Below, in pieces: positions 48,016 through 60,021 of a stretch of DNA of 64,000 nt. The stretch is from Dudresnaya verticillata (taxonomy: Eukaryota), in contig OZ374562.1 of the NCBI GenBank assembly GCA_977862235.1, positions 1,736,001-1,800,000 of the forward strand. The letters run 5' to 3'. The translations under genes and the position numbers were made by a program. Within the stretch, counting starts at the first letter, position 1. Each line of letters starts with the position of its first letter. The notes beneath the pieces were generated by a model. It was given only the letters and a program-made list of their open reading frames with translations. It ran no database searches and was not told where the DNA came from.

Positions 48016-51000
48016 CTCTGAGATTTCTTTTGAAAGCTAGGACTGTAGTTTTCAAGGGTCAAACCGTTGGTTAATAGAAGTAGTTGTTGATACTTGATCG
48101 TTGTGGCTTTTATGCAATTGGAGTATCGTGATGATTTGAAAAACGGTATTTGCTCTTGAAATGATTCAATACCCCAAAGAAGAAACAGTGAGAGGATGAT
48201 GAGCTGGAAACTCACTAGGTATAGAAATATTTCGGTTTAAGCGGATGTCTTTAAGATGAAACGCCCGTTCAGCGAAAGAAGTTGCCTTCTTGAGGGCAAC
48301 TCGTTTAAGTAAACAGGCACTGACCTATCTTGTTACAAAACCAGGCCTAACGGTTAAGCTGTTTTGCAAAGCTATTGAGAAAATTGGTGGGGTGCTTTTT
48401 GCAGTAGAATGACTCGGGCTAAGATTTTGAGAAATTCTGAGTCAATAGCGGCTACAAGTAGTAGTCGGCTAGCGATATCTATTTGCGCTATTACGCTGAT
48501 ACTTTCTGATGTCTCCTTTGCATCTTTGGGCTTCAACGGCATTGATACCCTTCAAGTTATATGGGAGGGTCATATTTATAAAATAGCAGAAGTTGGCACA
48601 TAGAGAAGGACACAGATTCTCTACCAGAAATGAAGTACTATACTACTCAAAAACTGGTTTGAGATTACAACGAAGGTGTCCAAACCAGGGTGTTCTCAGT
48701 GGGGCAGTTGCAGAGATACAAAAGCTTGATACACGTCTGATAAAGGATCATAACTAAAATTTAACTCCGTAGCCGTGAACATGGCTTTTGGAAAGCGCGT
48801 AGGCCTCATCATTAAGAATGGGATTAGCAATTATTTAAGAGAACATTGGTTGCGAGAACCCATGACAATGTTTTGACTTATTCCAGTAGAATTGGACTGG
48901 TGAGAGCTGTTGGCACTCTTGATCCCGACTACATTTTGGGGCGAACCGCCCAAACAAAGGGTGCCCTTACTGACTGCATGCCTTGCAGTAACATGGGTTT
49001 CCAGCCCTTTCTAGACTGACTAAACCGTAGAATGGGAACCGGAATTGGATACCGGCCAGCAAACTTCAGGAACGTATTTTAGTTCTCTAATTAATTGTGC
49101 AAATCTCCGCCTCTGCGATAGAACACTATCCGGGGGTTGGATATAAGAGACTTTTGGCCTGCAGTGTTCTTAGCACACCGTCCCAACCTTTGGGTCTGAG
49201 TTAACCGATTTTGCAGCAAATACAAAAACAAGAATCAGCCGAACTGTCTTACCCTTCGAGGTACGAGAAGATTCTTTATTTGTGCAAGGGAAAGCAAGAG
49301 ATTAGAGTGAGGCTGTGGGGACCAGTCGGCCCTTCTGGGATGCGCTGGAGTCCTGAACAGACCGTGCGCAAAAATATCATTATTTTTGTGTTAACCCGCA
49401 CACCGCCGCCTAGAAGGAGCAAACGCCGCGACCGCAGCGGTCGTCATAGGAAGCCATTGATATCGACTCTCAAGCCTTGTTTCAGAGACCCCAAGCGCTC
49501 ACCCCCACGACTTGGAGACCCTGTCACCCTTGCGTCTATGGTGTTGATCAGGTTGTTGTTTTTGTTTCTCCACCTGCCCGCCCCCTAACCTGTAGACTGT
49601 AGTCTTGAGATTTGCTCTCCCACCTGGCCTGGATTGCAGCTCAAGAAGAGCTGCATGGTGGTCCCTAAGGCCATCGATGCAGAGCCTATGAAAGGACTCC
49701 GCAGTTCTGGGGGACCACCGCAGCGCGCGTGAGCTAGGCTAAGGTGAAACTGTTCAGCACTACACCCTTCACCTCAGACCCACACTCTGCCAAAAATACT
49801 AAAGTTATCTTTAAGTTCTGGAACTGTGGACGTCTCCACCTAATGATATGTCTGATATTGTTCCAACGAAGAACATTCGTTTAGAAGGATAAGGAAGAAT
49901 TACATGAAATGGAGTGATTTTCTTTGCAGTCTTTTTTCTGCATGATAAGTGAACTCTTTTATCTCAATATTACAAATGAGAAAGCGCTTTCTGTGTCCGC
50001 GGAATAAAATCTCATGATTATGCCACCATAGTTTATGTAATACAGACAGGGAATGGCATCAAAAATGGGCTTCCCTTGGATTATGATGGATGCAATATAT
50101 GCCTCGACTTGTTTACAACAAAAAAATAAGTCGTCTTCCAATGAAGCTGTCTCCCAGGAGCCCGAAAAGTTTTTTTGAGGAACAAGAGATGTGGTGTAGA
50201 CTTCCAAAACAAATGGTTTAATAAACTGTAGCTACAAACACAGCTGAAAGAGAGACGCCAGTTTAAAGCTCTGGTGCAGTGGAAATGGAAATGGACTCAT
50301 CGTCATAGATTCGAAGCAAAAACTCGAGAACGGAGGCTTTCATTTTGTTTTGGTAAGCTATAAAGTCAATCTGATCCCGAGCCTGTCGGCATCATCAATT
50401 AAGGAGAGGGATTTTTAATGAAGCGCCCTATACTGTAATAGCACAAGTGTAACGCTGTCCGGGTAAAAATAGCGTCTCGCGAATGAGGATCGTAAATGAA
50501 GGGAATGGAAGGGAAAATCAGGGAGGAAGGTGGAGGTTTGGGCACGGTTTAGTCGGCATGGTGTTAAACAGTACCATAGTACCGTGTCGATAACCAATCC
50601 GAGAGAAAGGCTTGTTGACGCAATAATGGCTATGCTGGCTGGACCCCTACCAACAGGTGGTGCTCCTCTTTCCCGACAGGCTCCCATGATGGCATTGCAC
50701 CGCTCCGCACTCCCCAGCTTCCCGTTGCGAGAGTTTTTCCAGGCGAGCAGGCGCGCGTGTGTTTCATAAGTTAACCTGACTTTGCGCGCCAACGGAACCA
50801 AGCCAGCATTTCCTTCGACGTGCGCATGTGAGCCTTACATGTTGCTGTAATCTGAGTCCATAGAATGCTCGTGACGTACCAGTTGTTTACTTCAATGTTG
50901 CAAAACGATGATCCCCTTTCCTTCTTACGGCCTACTCTGACACACAAGTACCCGCAAATTCTGCTCATCAAAGCGCTGTTATCGTTTGTGAGCTTAAAAG

Positions 51001-54000
51001 GATGAAACTCAGCCATCGAAAAGACTCAGCTTGCTACCATGAGTAGCAGTTTGGTAGCATTGCACTGTTCAAAACCTCTACCTGTACCGTTCGGTACCAT
51101 CGAGCCGGGGGTGACCGCAACTCCAAAGTGCAGCCAAAACCCAAAGTAAGAGCGCAAATCACGATGCAGCTGTATAAAAGGGGCCTTCCAGGCCCGCAGT
51201 AGATGTGCAGCGGTACACATTCCACGCCAGGATTACAGACCGACAAATCTCAAGCAGCTACAAACTCAGACGGTGCACCACCAATCGAGAATGCGGGTGG
51301 CGTCCACGCGGTGGACCACAAGCGCCCCACAAAGAGGCATCCGCGTCCAGCAGAGCCCAGTACAGACGCCAGCATGGCGGCTGCAGCGCGCCACGACAAG
51401 TTGGCGGTGCACGGCGATCGCGCCTCGAACGGCGAGGTCGAGGCGGCGTCCACACCGCGCCAGAGCGAGACAGGGTCGGTTGGAATGTACCCTGCGACGT
51501 GTTCGACCGCGACAGGGCACCGTGAGTGTCGGGGTAGCGTCGTTTGCACGCCAACCTTTTGCCAGAGCGGGTCTGCTGTGGATGGGTTCGTTGTGGAGAG
51601 AAGCCCCCGTCGCGGCCGGTAGGAGTCTGTCGGGTGGGGTGGGGCTGAGGTAGAAGACATGCCGGAGCAGCACCAGAGCGGGGTGGAGCTGGGAGCGGCG
51701 TGCGCTGAGGAGAATGCATCGTAGGGCTTCGCTGCCGGCGGCTCGGAGAGCGGAAGTCGCGTTATCAGCTTGCGGCGCAGGCGGCGTGAGTGCCACGAGG
51801 CTAGGGGGGACGTGAATGGCATTCTTGGCGAGGAAAGAGTGGTGACGGCGTGGTGGGGGGCGTGGTGCGGGCGCGGTGCGGGTGCTGGCGGAGCAGGATG
51901 GGTGTGGTGAGTGCAAGCGGGAGGTTCGTCTTTATTGGGCTCCGGGCTCCGGGGATGGAGACAGTCCGGCGAATTCGGGCGGTGCGCTTCGCTTGTGACG
52001 AGGTCCTGACGTCTCGTACTGATGTCTCGTACTGGTTGCCGGGTGGTTGTGCTGAGCCATCGTGCTAAGTTACCTCCATTGCTTCAAGTGCCTCGCGAAT
52101 CCGATGAATGACAGGCGAACGGCGCTTGTTGCTGTCTTGATAGCACTTTGCTCTTCCTCGCACGTCAAATTCCTTGCCACTGATGAATTCAAGCAAGCAG
52201 ATTCAATGCACAACAGCAACATGCAATTGTCATCACAGCCTGCAACGTATCACAGGGACGCCAGCCTGCCAGCCGACCTCGCCTCGAAAGTGATATCTGA
52301 GCATGCCTCTGTACTGTATCTATCGACCTCCAGCGCCCACGCAGCGTTCTGATGCGTGGCCCGTGCCTGTCACCCATTGCAGATCCTGACGCACGCGTTG
52401 CCGAGCATCGCCAGCCATTTGTATTCAGCCCGACAACCCGTCCCCCTTGCCCCGTATCCTAGAGTTCATTTAGCCATTCTGACACAGGTGGGTCAAGTTG
52501 CGCCGTCCATGACTGGTTTCGAGTCCCCGGCAATTGTGCTCGTCCCCGCAGCGGCCGTGTGTGAGTGCAGCACAAGATGACAGAACGACAGCCAAACTAC
52601 CCGCAGCTGCCCTGCTCCGAATGACGCTGCAGGCCAAGCGACCCGCAAGATCCGGATACTCTGTCAGGAGCCGATTCCCCCCACCGAGCGCAGCCCACTA
52701 CAGTAGACTACATCTCACCCGAGCTCCAAATACCCGCAGCAGCACTGCACCCAACACTGTACCCCCCTCCCCCCCAAAGTGGGCCTGCTAATGCCCCAAA
52801 GTTTTCCGTGCTCCTGCGCGGAAGGGGCGGCTTGCTTGTTTTCCGTGCTCCTGCGAGCGCCGCCCTGCCAGGGGTCTGCACAATCCCACCCTCACAGGCG
52901 CGTGTGTCGTGGTGATTACGTTATTGTGCTTGTTTTCCATGCTCCAGGGGGTCGCCGCGCGACACTTGCGTGGCAAAACAATTCGTAGCACGGCGTTTCG
53001 CAGCGTCTCGAGAGCACAACGCTCAGGCGCACGCACAACGCTTGAAGCTGCGTGTATTGGTCACACAGCCTCTCATTCCCTTCGCTGCAGCGTTGGCGTT
53101 GACGAGTAGCCGAGGGGTTCTCATAGGAACTGTACCTCGAGCTCCGGGATGGGAAGTTGGTAATCGGAATTTTTGTACGCTGCATCGACTGCGTAGCGCT
53201 GCGTACCCAGCATGAACTTGCACTGCGCAAAGTGGGAATTGGGCAGGAGGTTGAGACGATCTCGGTTGTCTGTGTGTCGTGAATAGTGGTCTTCGCAGTG
53301 GGCTATTCTGCAGAAAGTACGATTTGGTCATGCACTTACTGCACCTGAGATTGGTCAATCAATAACACCATTGATGGTGGATGGGCTAGATCCTTATTGC
53401 AATAGAGCGAACACCTCGAAACTGTGCAGGTGGGATATACTTGTTCTCGATGAGTGCTCTCACCATTGCGTTCCTTTGAAAGTAGTTGCCAGCCTCCCCC
53501 ACACACATTTGAGTACGCAATGCGCTATCCAACTGAAGGTGCTCCTGAAACGTATTCCGTGTGTCAGTCACTGGGTGCTTTCACGATAGCTTTTGCGTCT
53601 TCAACGTTCAGTGTGGTGTACCGAGCGTTGGAGCGCTGTAAGAAGATAAGCGCGCCGGTGACGGCTGTAGTAAGACTGGTGAGCCACGTTTCGCTACGTG
53701 TGGAATGGCTGTGCGCCATTGGTGGACCACTGCTGTCAGCCTTGCACGGTCTGTTGTGGCCAGAGAGCTGAATCTATTCGCAAGAGCTTTTGGTGAATGC
53801 GTTTTACAGCGACCGCGTGCGCGTTCAGTTGAAACTAAGAAGTGACGTTTGGTGCGATCCGTTGGCACCATGCTTGTCAGGCTGACGGCCCCTTTGCAAC
53901 GCACTAAAGAAAGACGGAATCGGATGACAGCGCCGGCAAATTGTGTTTGACGTTCCAAATTGTGAGCGTGGCGGAAATCAGCGTTGCGTGTACAGGACTG

Positions 54001-55593
54001 AAGCCTTGCCTCGTCAGTCGGACCCGTCCCGGGCATGGGATGACAGGCAGAGCGTTCGACCCGTGGCTTGAAAATTGTAGCTGGTCTGGTTGGTTTGATG
54101 ACAGAGAAGTACAGTACGGAAGAGAGACTAGAGTGTACAGTATTGTTCGCATACGCGAGAAGCGGCATCCTTGTCTCAAGGTACTGTACAAGGCATACAT
54201 CTGCAGACACTTGTCCAACTCGAGAACGTTGAATATAGCGGATGCGCAGGAGCGGGATGACGGCGGAGGATGCCTGATGCCTATTGAGGCTGCGGCGAGA
54301 GATACATGTAGATAGGTTGAAGACGCGGAAGTGTGCGTGATATGAGGCAGACTTGTCACATGTTGAGCTGAATTGTTTGCGTTGGCGCCGCATGATACAT
54401 GCAGTTGAAGGTACTGTACACTATAGTTTGATTGGAGAGAAACGGTATCGGATAAGTTGCGTCGGCGGGGAGCATCTGTAAGGCTGCATCGAGAAGGTAA
54501 CAATGCAGAGTGGTGTTGCGCCTATAGGGAGCATGCGGACGGGGTGTGTTTCATTCCGCGGTCGGAACGCGGTGGAAAGCAAAAAGTGTTCTACTGCACT
54601 CGCTTCAGTGCTCAAGCGAAGCAGGCGTGCGGCCGTGTGTGTTGCATAGAACGGAGTGCACATCGAGCTTCCTGCAGATACACTTGCTGTCTCCGCAACA
54701 CTAACAAGCGCACCAGAAGGACTGTCTGAATTGGCGGCATCGCAGCGTTCCTCGGCACTGCGCACGGCAACGCCGACACCGCGCCCCAAGTGACGCAGTG
54801 CGTCTCGTGCTGGCAGCGCGCATCTTTGGCGCGAGAGTGCGCAGCATAAGGTACTGCGCTTGCAAACGTGCGTTTGGGGTTCAGCCGCGCGGCTGGCTGG
54901 CGATGCAAGCGGCGTGACAGGAGCGCGTCAACACTGCAACGGGGTACACTCGCGGCGCTGGCAGTAGTGTAGCTCGCGGCATAAGGTGTTTGCTTGTACC
55001 TTTCCGCCGGGGCAGCGTTGAGGAGGGGGGAACCGGATTTTAAGCGGACATGACCGGAGGCGCTTGGAATGGCACCTGAGCGTAATGATACTGATAGGGC
55101 TGTTTGTTTTCTATTGCGCACCGCAATATTGATTCGATTAATTCGATTAATTTCTTGCATAAATGAAAGGCATCTCATCAGCAATCAGCAACAACCGCAT
55201 AAAATATTGATAGCGCGTCTCCGTATGTGCTCGTGGCAGGATCGCAGCAATAGTAGCGATGCATGCACTCAATTGTGCTGTTCCGTAGTTGCGCATCGTG
55301 CACCCGTCTATCAGGGTGCGGCAATGCGATTGACACGCACAACCACCTGTGCAGTACGGCACACGCCTACTCGTTTTCGGCTTGTTATCGGCAAATGATT
55401 CATTTGTTTATTTACTTATCTGCATTTTCCACTTACTGTACAGACTGAATCTGCTGCAAACGACTGTAATCTTCACAGATACGCGCGCCGACCCCCTCCC
55501 TCCCTCCCAACCCCCCGATCGAAACGCGCAATCCCCTCAAACGCCCCCCTTCACAGCACACAGCTTCGCCACCGCCACCCCGCACCCCCCAAC

Positions 55594-58061
55594 TCAGCAC
55601 CCTTTCCCAATTTCCGCCACATGCCGCGCCACGCCAAACCCAAACCTCGCAAACGTCCGCATGTAGCGCCGCGCGATGCGGCACCGGTTCGCGTCGAACG
55701 CCGCGCCGTCGAACATCGCGCCGCCCACCACGCGCGCCACGTCGTCCGCGCCGCGCGCCACGCCCGCGCCATGCCCCAGCACGAACGGCACGCGCATGGC
55801 CCGCGCCAGCTCCAGCGTGCGGTGGTCGCGCGCCACCACCACCGTCGGCACGGCCTCGCTCACGCTCAACATGCCGCCCATCGCCCGCGCCCCGATCGAC
55901 ACGTCCATCCCCCGCACGCTTTCCCGCCACGAGTCCACGTTCTGGAAGTACCGCACGCGCTCGAACGCCACGCCGCTGCTTCGCAGCGCCTCGAAATCGG
56001 AAGACGTTTGCGCGTATACGTAGCTTTCGGGGTACTTTTCTAGCAGCTGCTTGCACAGGCCTGAAATAGACGGCGCCATGTTGATCGCAACTTTCAGCCT
56101 CTTGTTCCCAATCTGAGTGCGTAGCCATCTGTACCGTGCTTCCAGTTTCCTGCCGAGTTGAACATCTCGTGAAAGCATCAGAGATGGGCAGCCGGTCACC
56201 ACACCATGTGAATAACCAGCCAGTTCGGCAGCCTTCATAGAGAATTCACCTCGGAAAAGCATTGGGTACCCCTTGGCTTGCATCTTTCGCAGAACACTCA
56301 GTCCGGCTTTTGAAAACATGTGTTCAGACGGTTTTCGCAGAGCTTTCATCCCAGCGCTGCCAGGGCTTAGAGCAAACGACTCCTGCACCCCAATTCCTAC
56401 CAATAAGGGAGCAACTCTCTCGCTCAGAGCCTCAAGTTCGTAGTCGAATTCGCCTCTTCGGGCGGGGTTGAAAAAGCTTGAAGTCGGTCTGTAGTCGACA
56501 AGATACTTTGCCTCTTTCGATGATCTCAGTCTCTGCATACAGGCAGACCGCGAAGCGTTACAGGTAGATGAGTGCCTGAAACTCGGCAGCTCCCTATATG
56601 CAGCGTATCGCCAGACAGAATGACCGGTATTGTATGTAGTTTTTTCTATGGCCTCGCTGTAGTCACTATAATTTCTTACTCTGTACGTCGGGTTCAAACG
56701 CATCTCACCATACATGTGAAACCGATCCCACACGCACACGAGATACTCCTGATCCATGTTATCGCCATTCACGAGTTTCTCTGCTGCGGATCCGCTTTGT
56801 ATCGTCGGAGCTGCACCAATGTTTCCCACTGCAGCAGTCCTATTCTTTCTTGCGTCCACAGCGTCCACGTTGAGAGCAATTAGGGAAGAGTCGTGTGCTA
56901 CGCTGGTGGAAGAATCCGAAAGAGATTCCTTGACAGAATCAATTGATTCTGCAACGTATCCGACAAGATTGTCGACCTGCAAGACACCGCCCCTGCAGAA
57001 GATGGCCGTAACGACTACTGTTGCTATAGCGCCAACCATGATATGGTTGGGTCGCCTCTTCGGCTTTGGACGGAACAAGGCAATGAGCGAGCTTGTGATC
57101 TTTGCGCCATACTTGGTGCCGCCAAAGACGTAGAGCGGGAAGCCGACAAAAGTGCACAGGAGCCCCAACAGATGCCTTGAAGTGAGGTTTTCATGGAGGA
57201 CAGCAAAGGAAAGGAGAATTCCCGTAAAGCGCTTCATGGTGTTTGCCAGCGAATGGGTGAGAGCATCGAGCTTTCCCAGGATGGCAATGCTCGCAAACTG
57301 ATACGAGTTGAAGAGCAGGCCGTTCCAGAGCATGACAAACGGGGACGAGAAGGCGCTACCGGTAATGCAAAACTTGACAAACACGGCCAGCATGCATGGC
57401 GGGAGGGCCGCGACGTGCATGGCATAGAAGCGAAGCTCAGTGGACTGGTGCACAGCAGCCGACTCGCGGCGCTGGTACAGCTTGAGCATGATGTTGCGCG
57501 TGGGGAAGGCGAGGTTGGCCAGGACGATGGGCGACACGGTGAGGGCGGTGAGCTTGCGAGCCGAGAAGACCAGCACGCCCACGAGAACCGCGGCCACGCC
57601 CGCCATGGACAGCACCGGGGTGTGCTGGCGCAGCACGACGCGCTTCAGAGCAATCGTGGCCACCGGCTCGGTCAGCTTCCACACCAGCGTGGACGACGCG
57701 CCGATGGCGCGGTACGACGCGTTGGTCAGCAGCGTGCCGGCCAGGTGCAGCAGCCCGGCCGCCGTGAGCTCTGCCGCCGGCAGCGCGTCGCGGAGCGTGC
57801 GCAACAGCGGCGGCGGCGGCGGCGCGGATTTGCGCGCGCGCGCGGACGCGGACGCGGACGCGGATGTGGTGATGACGTGCGACAGCACGGACAGAAGCAG
57901 GCCCACCACGAGCTGCACCGCGGTCAGGTCCACGAAGAACGGCGCGGGGTGCGCGGCCAGCACGCGGTGCGCGTCGATGGCGAAGGCGTTGTTGGCGCCC
58001 CACCACACGAAGACCTGCGCTGCGAGGACGAGCGCGGCGCGCGAGCGCGGGCGCGACGACG

Positions 58062-58099
<38 letters not shown>

Positions 58100-58155
58100 A
58101 TTGTTGGCGCTGCTGCTGGGGTGCGCGACGGGCGCGGCGGCGCGGGGCCGGGCAT
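55594..58155 (-). CDS. Fusion of a triose-phosphate/PEP-translocator-family transporter and a polysaccharide pyruvyltransferase-family domain
   Basis: 853-aa uninterrupted ORF. The N-half has about 10 TMs with TLVWKLTEP and HSLANTMKR. After an extra TM, the C-half has LVGIGVQ, FRGEFS, VVTGCPS, VSIGAR..G, ARDHRTLELA. Confidence 0.8.
58062..58099. repeat. (GGC)n microsatellite encoding poly-Pro
   Basis: Visible trinucleotide run in the N-terminus of the fusion ORF. Confidence 0.9.
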
Positions 58156-58599
58156 TGCGGCGGGGCGTGCGGGGTGGGGGGTGTGCGCGGGCGGGGCGGG
58201 GGAGGGGCGGGGCGCGGGTGGGCGTGCGGCTTTGAGGGCGCGCGGGGGGTTGGCAGGCGCGGCGAGCGGGGGCGGTGGGGGCTGGGCGTGGAGGTGACGG
58301 GGCGGCGGGTGGGTGATGGACGTGCGGCGCGCGGTGGCGCCGCGGTGCTGGAGCGCGAGCGTGACGAGGCGGCTTGCGCGTGTCGGCTAACGACGCGCGC
58401 GTGCGAGTGGGCGGCCTCTGCCTCGCTTTGCCGGCGCTGCGACGACGACGCTTTCACCTCACTCGCGACAGCGTTACCGGTTGCTACATGTTTCTCGGAG
58501 GAGGAACAGGACGTACACTGCTGCGCGCGCGCGCGTACGGATACACTACTTAGTGGCGCGACTGCGCGTGCTGCAGTACAAGTACTGTACTGCTCGTTT

Positions 58600-60021
58600 T
58601 CAACTACAATCACCCCCCTCCTCCTTCTCCGCGCGCCCCTCCCCCCCCGTCGTCAAGAACTGCCCCCTCTCCAGCTCCACCACCACGCTCTCCGAAGACC
58701 CCTTCGTCCACGACGCCCGAAACCCCCCCTCCGCCGCGCGCACCGTCCGCACCTCAACCCTCGTCCGCCGCGTCGTCTCCCCCAGCCCGTTGACCTGCCG
58801 GTAGCAACTCGACAGCGCGCGGTGCGCATCGTCCAGAAAGTCCGGCATACGTCTGCACACCACCGTCACCACCCCGTTCCACACGCCCACTACGCACAGC
58901 AACGCCGCCACGCCCACGCCCCAGTAGAACGCCCACACGGCCACGCTCGCGTACGTCTTGGGCACCAGCAGGTCGCGCCGGCACGTCGTCCCGGTCACCG
59001 ACGCCCAGTGCAGCCCCAGCACAAACCCGCACTCGCGCAGCAGCCGCGCGTCGTCAAACCCCGACGCGTACAGCCGCACGCGCAGCAGCTCCTGCAGCGT
59101 GTCCGGCCACGGCGTCGCGTCGGAGAACCGCACCTCGCCCACGCGCACGCTCATGCGGTACGTCCCGGCCCGCAGCCGCCGGTGCGCGCGCGTGTCGATC
59201 ACGGCGATTCGGTACGCTACGTGGTCTTGGAAGAACACCCCGACCATCGCGTCCGCGTCCTGCGACTCCCACAGCTGCCGCTTGGACGCCTTCTTCTTGG
59301 CCACGGAGAACGTCGCGTTCACCTTTTGGAAGAACGACCCCGTGCGCCGGTACCCGTCCTCTTCCTCCCACTGCTTGATCAAGTCCACGCCGTTATCCTC
59401 AAACTTCCATAGCTTGTTCCGAGAGTCGATAAACACGTCCATCGTCTTGATCTCGTCGCGCACTATCATGATGCGCGTCCCATTGTTGAAATCGTTGGCG
59501 TAGATCGACTCTTCCGCAGACACGTCCAGCACGCGCGGCACATTCGACATCTCCCCCACATCCACACCGTGCTTGACAGCATATTCGTACGTCTGGATAA
59601 TCGACCGCTCCGAGCCGTACGTTCTGACAAACTGGTCCTCCTTGTTCCTGCAAAACGAGTCTTGAAAGACCTTGCGGTAGCCCACCACGCGCTGGTCCGT
59701 GATTGTGGAGTAGTCAATCTGCGACTGCAACGTGGGCGCCGTCACGAATGACAGCGCAAACAGCACGGTGCTGACCACGGAGAGCACGCGGCCGGATAAG
59801 GTCCACTGCGAGTTGCGGTCGCGCGCAATGCGCACCTGCTCGCGCACGCCCGCGCCCTGGCGCATGACATTGTCCAGATAGCCGTGGCGGTGCAGCGCGC
59901 GGCGGCGCTCGTTGCGCGCGTTGCGCCGCATGAGAAAGCGGATGGCCATGTGCACCAGCTTGGACACGACCTCGATCACGGTGGCGAGGTAGTTGGCGCG
60001 GATGTTGAGCAGGATGGCCAT
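58600..60021 (-). CDS. Hypothetical membrane protein (two or three TM segments flanking a large loop)
   Basis: 473-aa ORF with G/C-ending codons; hydrophobic VLSVVSTVLFALSFV and VAVWAFYWGVGVAALLCVVGVW; no recognised family. Confidence 0.65.
   Translation of the reverse strand: MAILLNIRANYLATVIEVVSKLVHMAIRFLMRRNARNERRRALHRHGYLDNVMRQGAGVREQVRIARDRNSQWTLSGRVLSVVSTVLFALSFVTAPTLQSQIDYSTITDQRVVGYRKVFQDSFCRNKEDQFVRTYGSERSIIQTYEYAVKHGVDVGEMSNVPRVLDVSAEESIYANDFNNGTRIMIVRDEIKTMDVFIDSRNKLWKFEDNGVDLIKQWEEEDGYRRTGSFFQKVNATFSVAKKKASKRQLWESQDADAMVGVFFQDHVAYRIAVIDTRAHRRLRAGTYRMSVRVGEVRFSDATPWPDTLQELLRVRLYASGFDDARLLRECGFVLGLHWASVTGTTCRRDLLVPKTYASVAVWAFYWGVGVAALLCVVGVWNGVVTVVCRRMPDFLDDAHRALSSCYRQVNGLGETTRRTRVEVRTVRAAEGGFRASWTKGSSESVVVELERGQFLTTGGEGRAEKEEGGDCS

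Noticed and set aside
50415..51916. Overlapping GC-rich ORFs (190-216 aa), possibly a host gene
   Set aside because: Several frames are open, no domain is recognised, and I cannot choose a frame.
52000..55450. Numerous short ORFs on both strands
   Set aside because: No motifs or codon bias visible; treated as intergenic or unknown.
57193..59412. 739-aa plus-strand ORF
   Set aside because: Antisense shadow of two GC-rich minus-strand genes; low-complexity Arg/Gly/Ala sequence.
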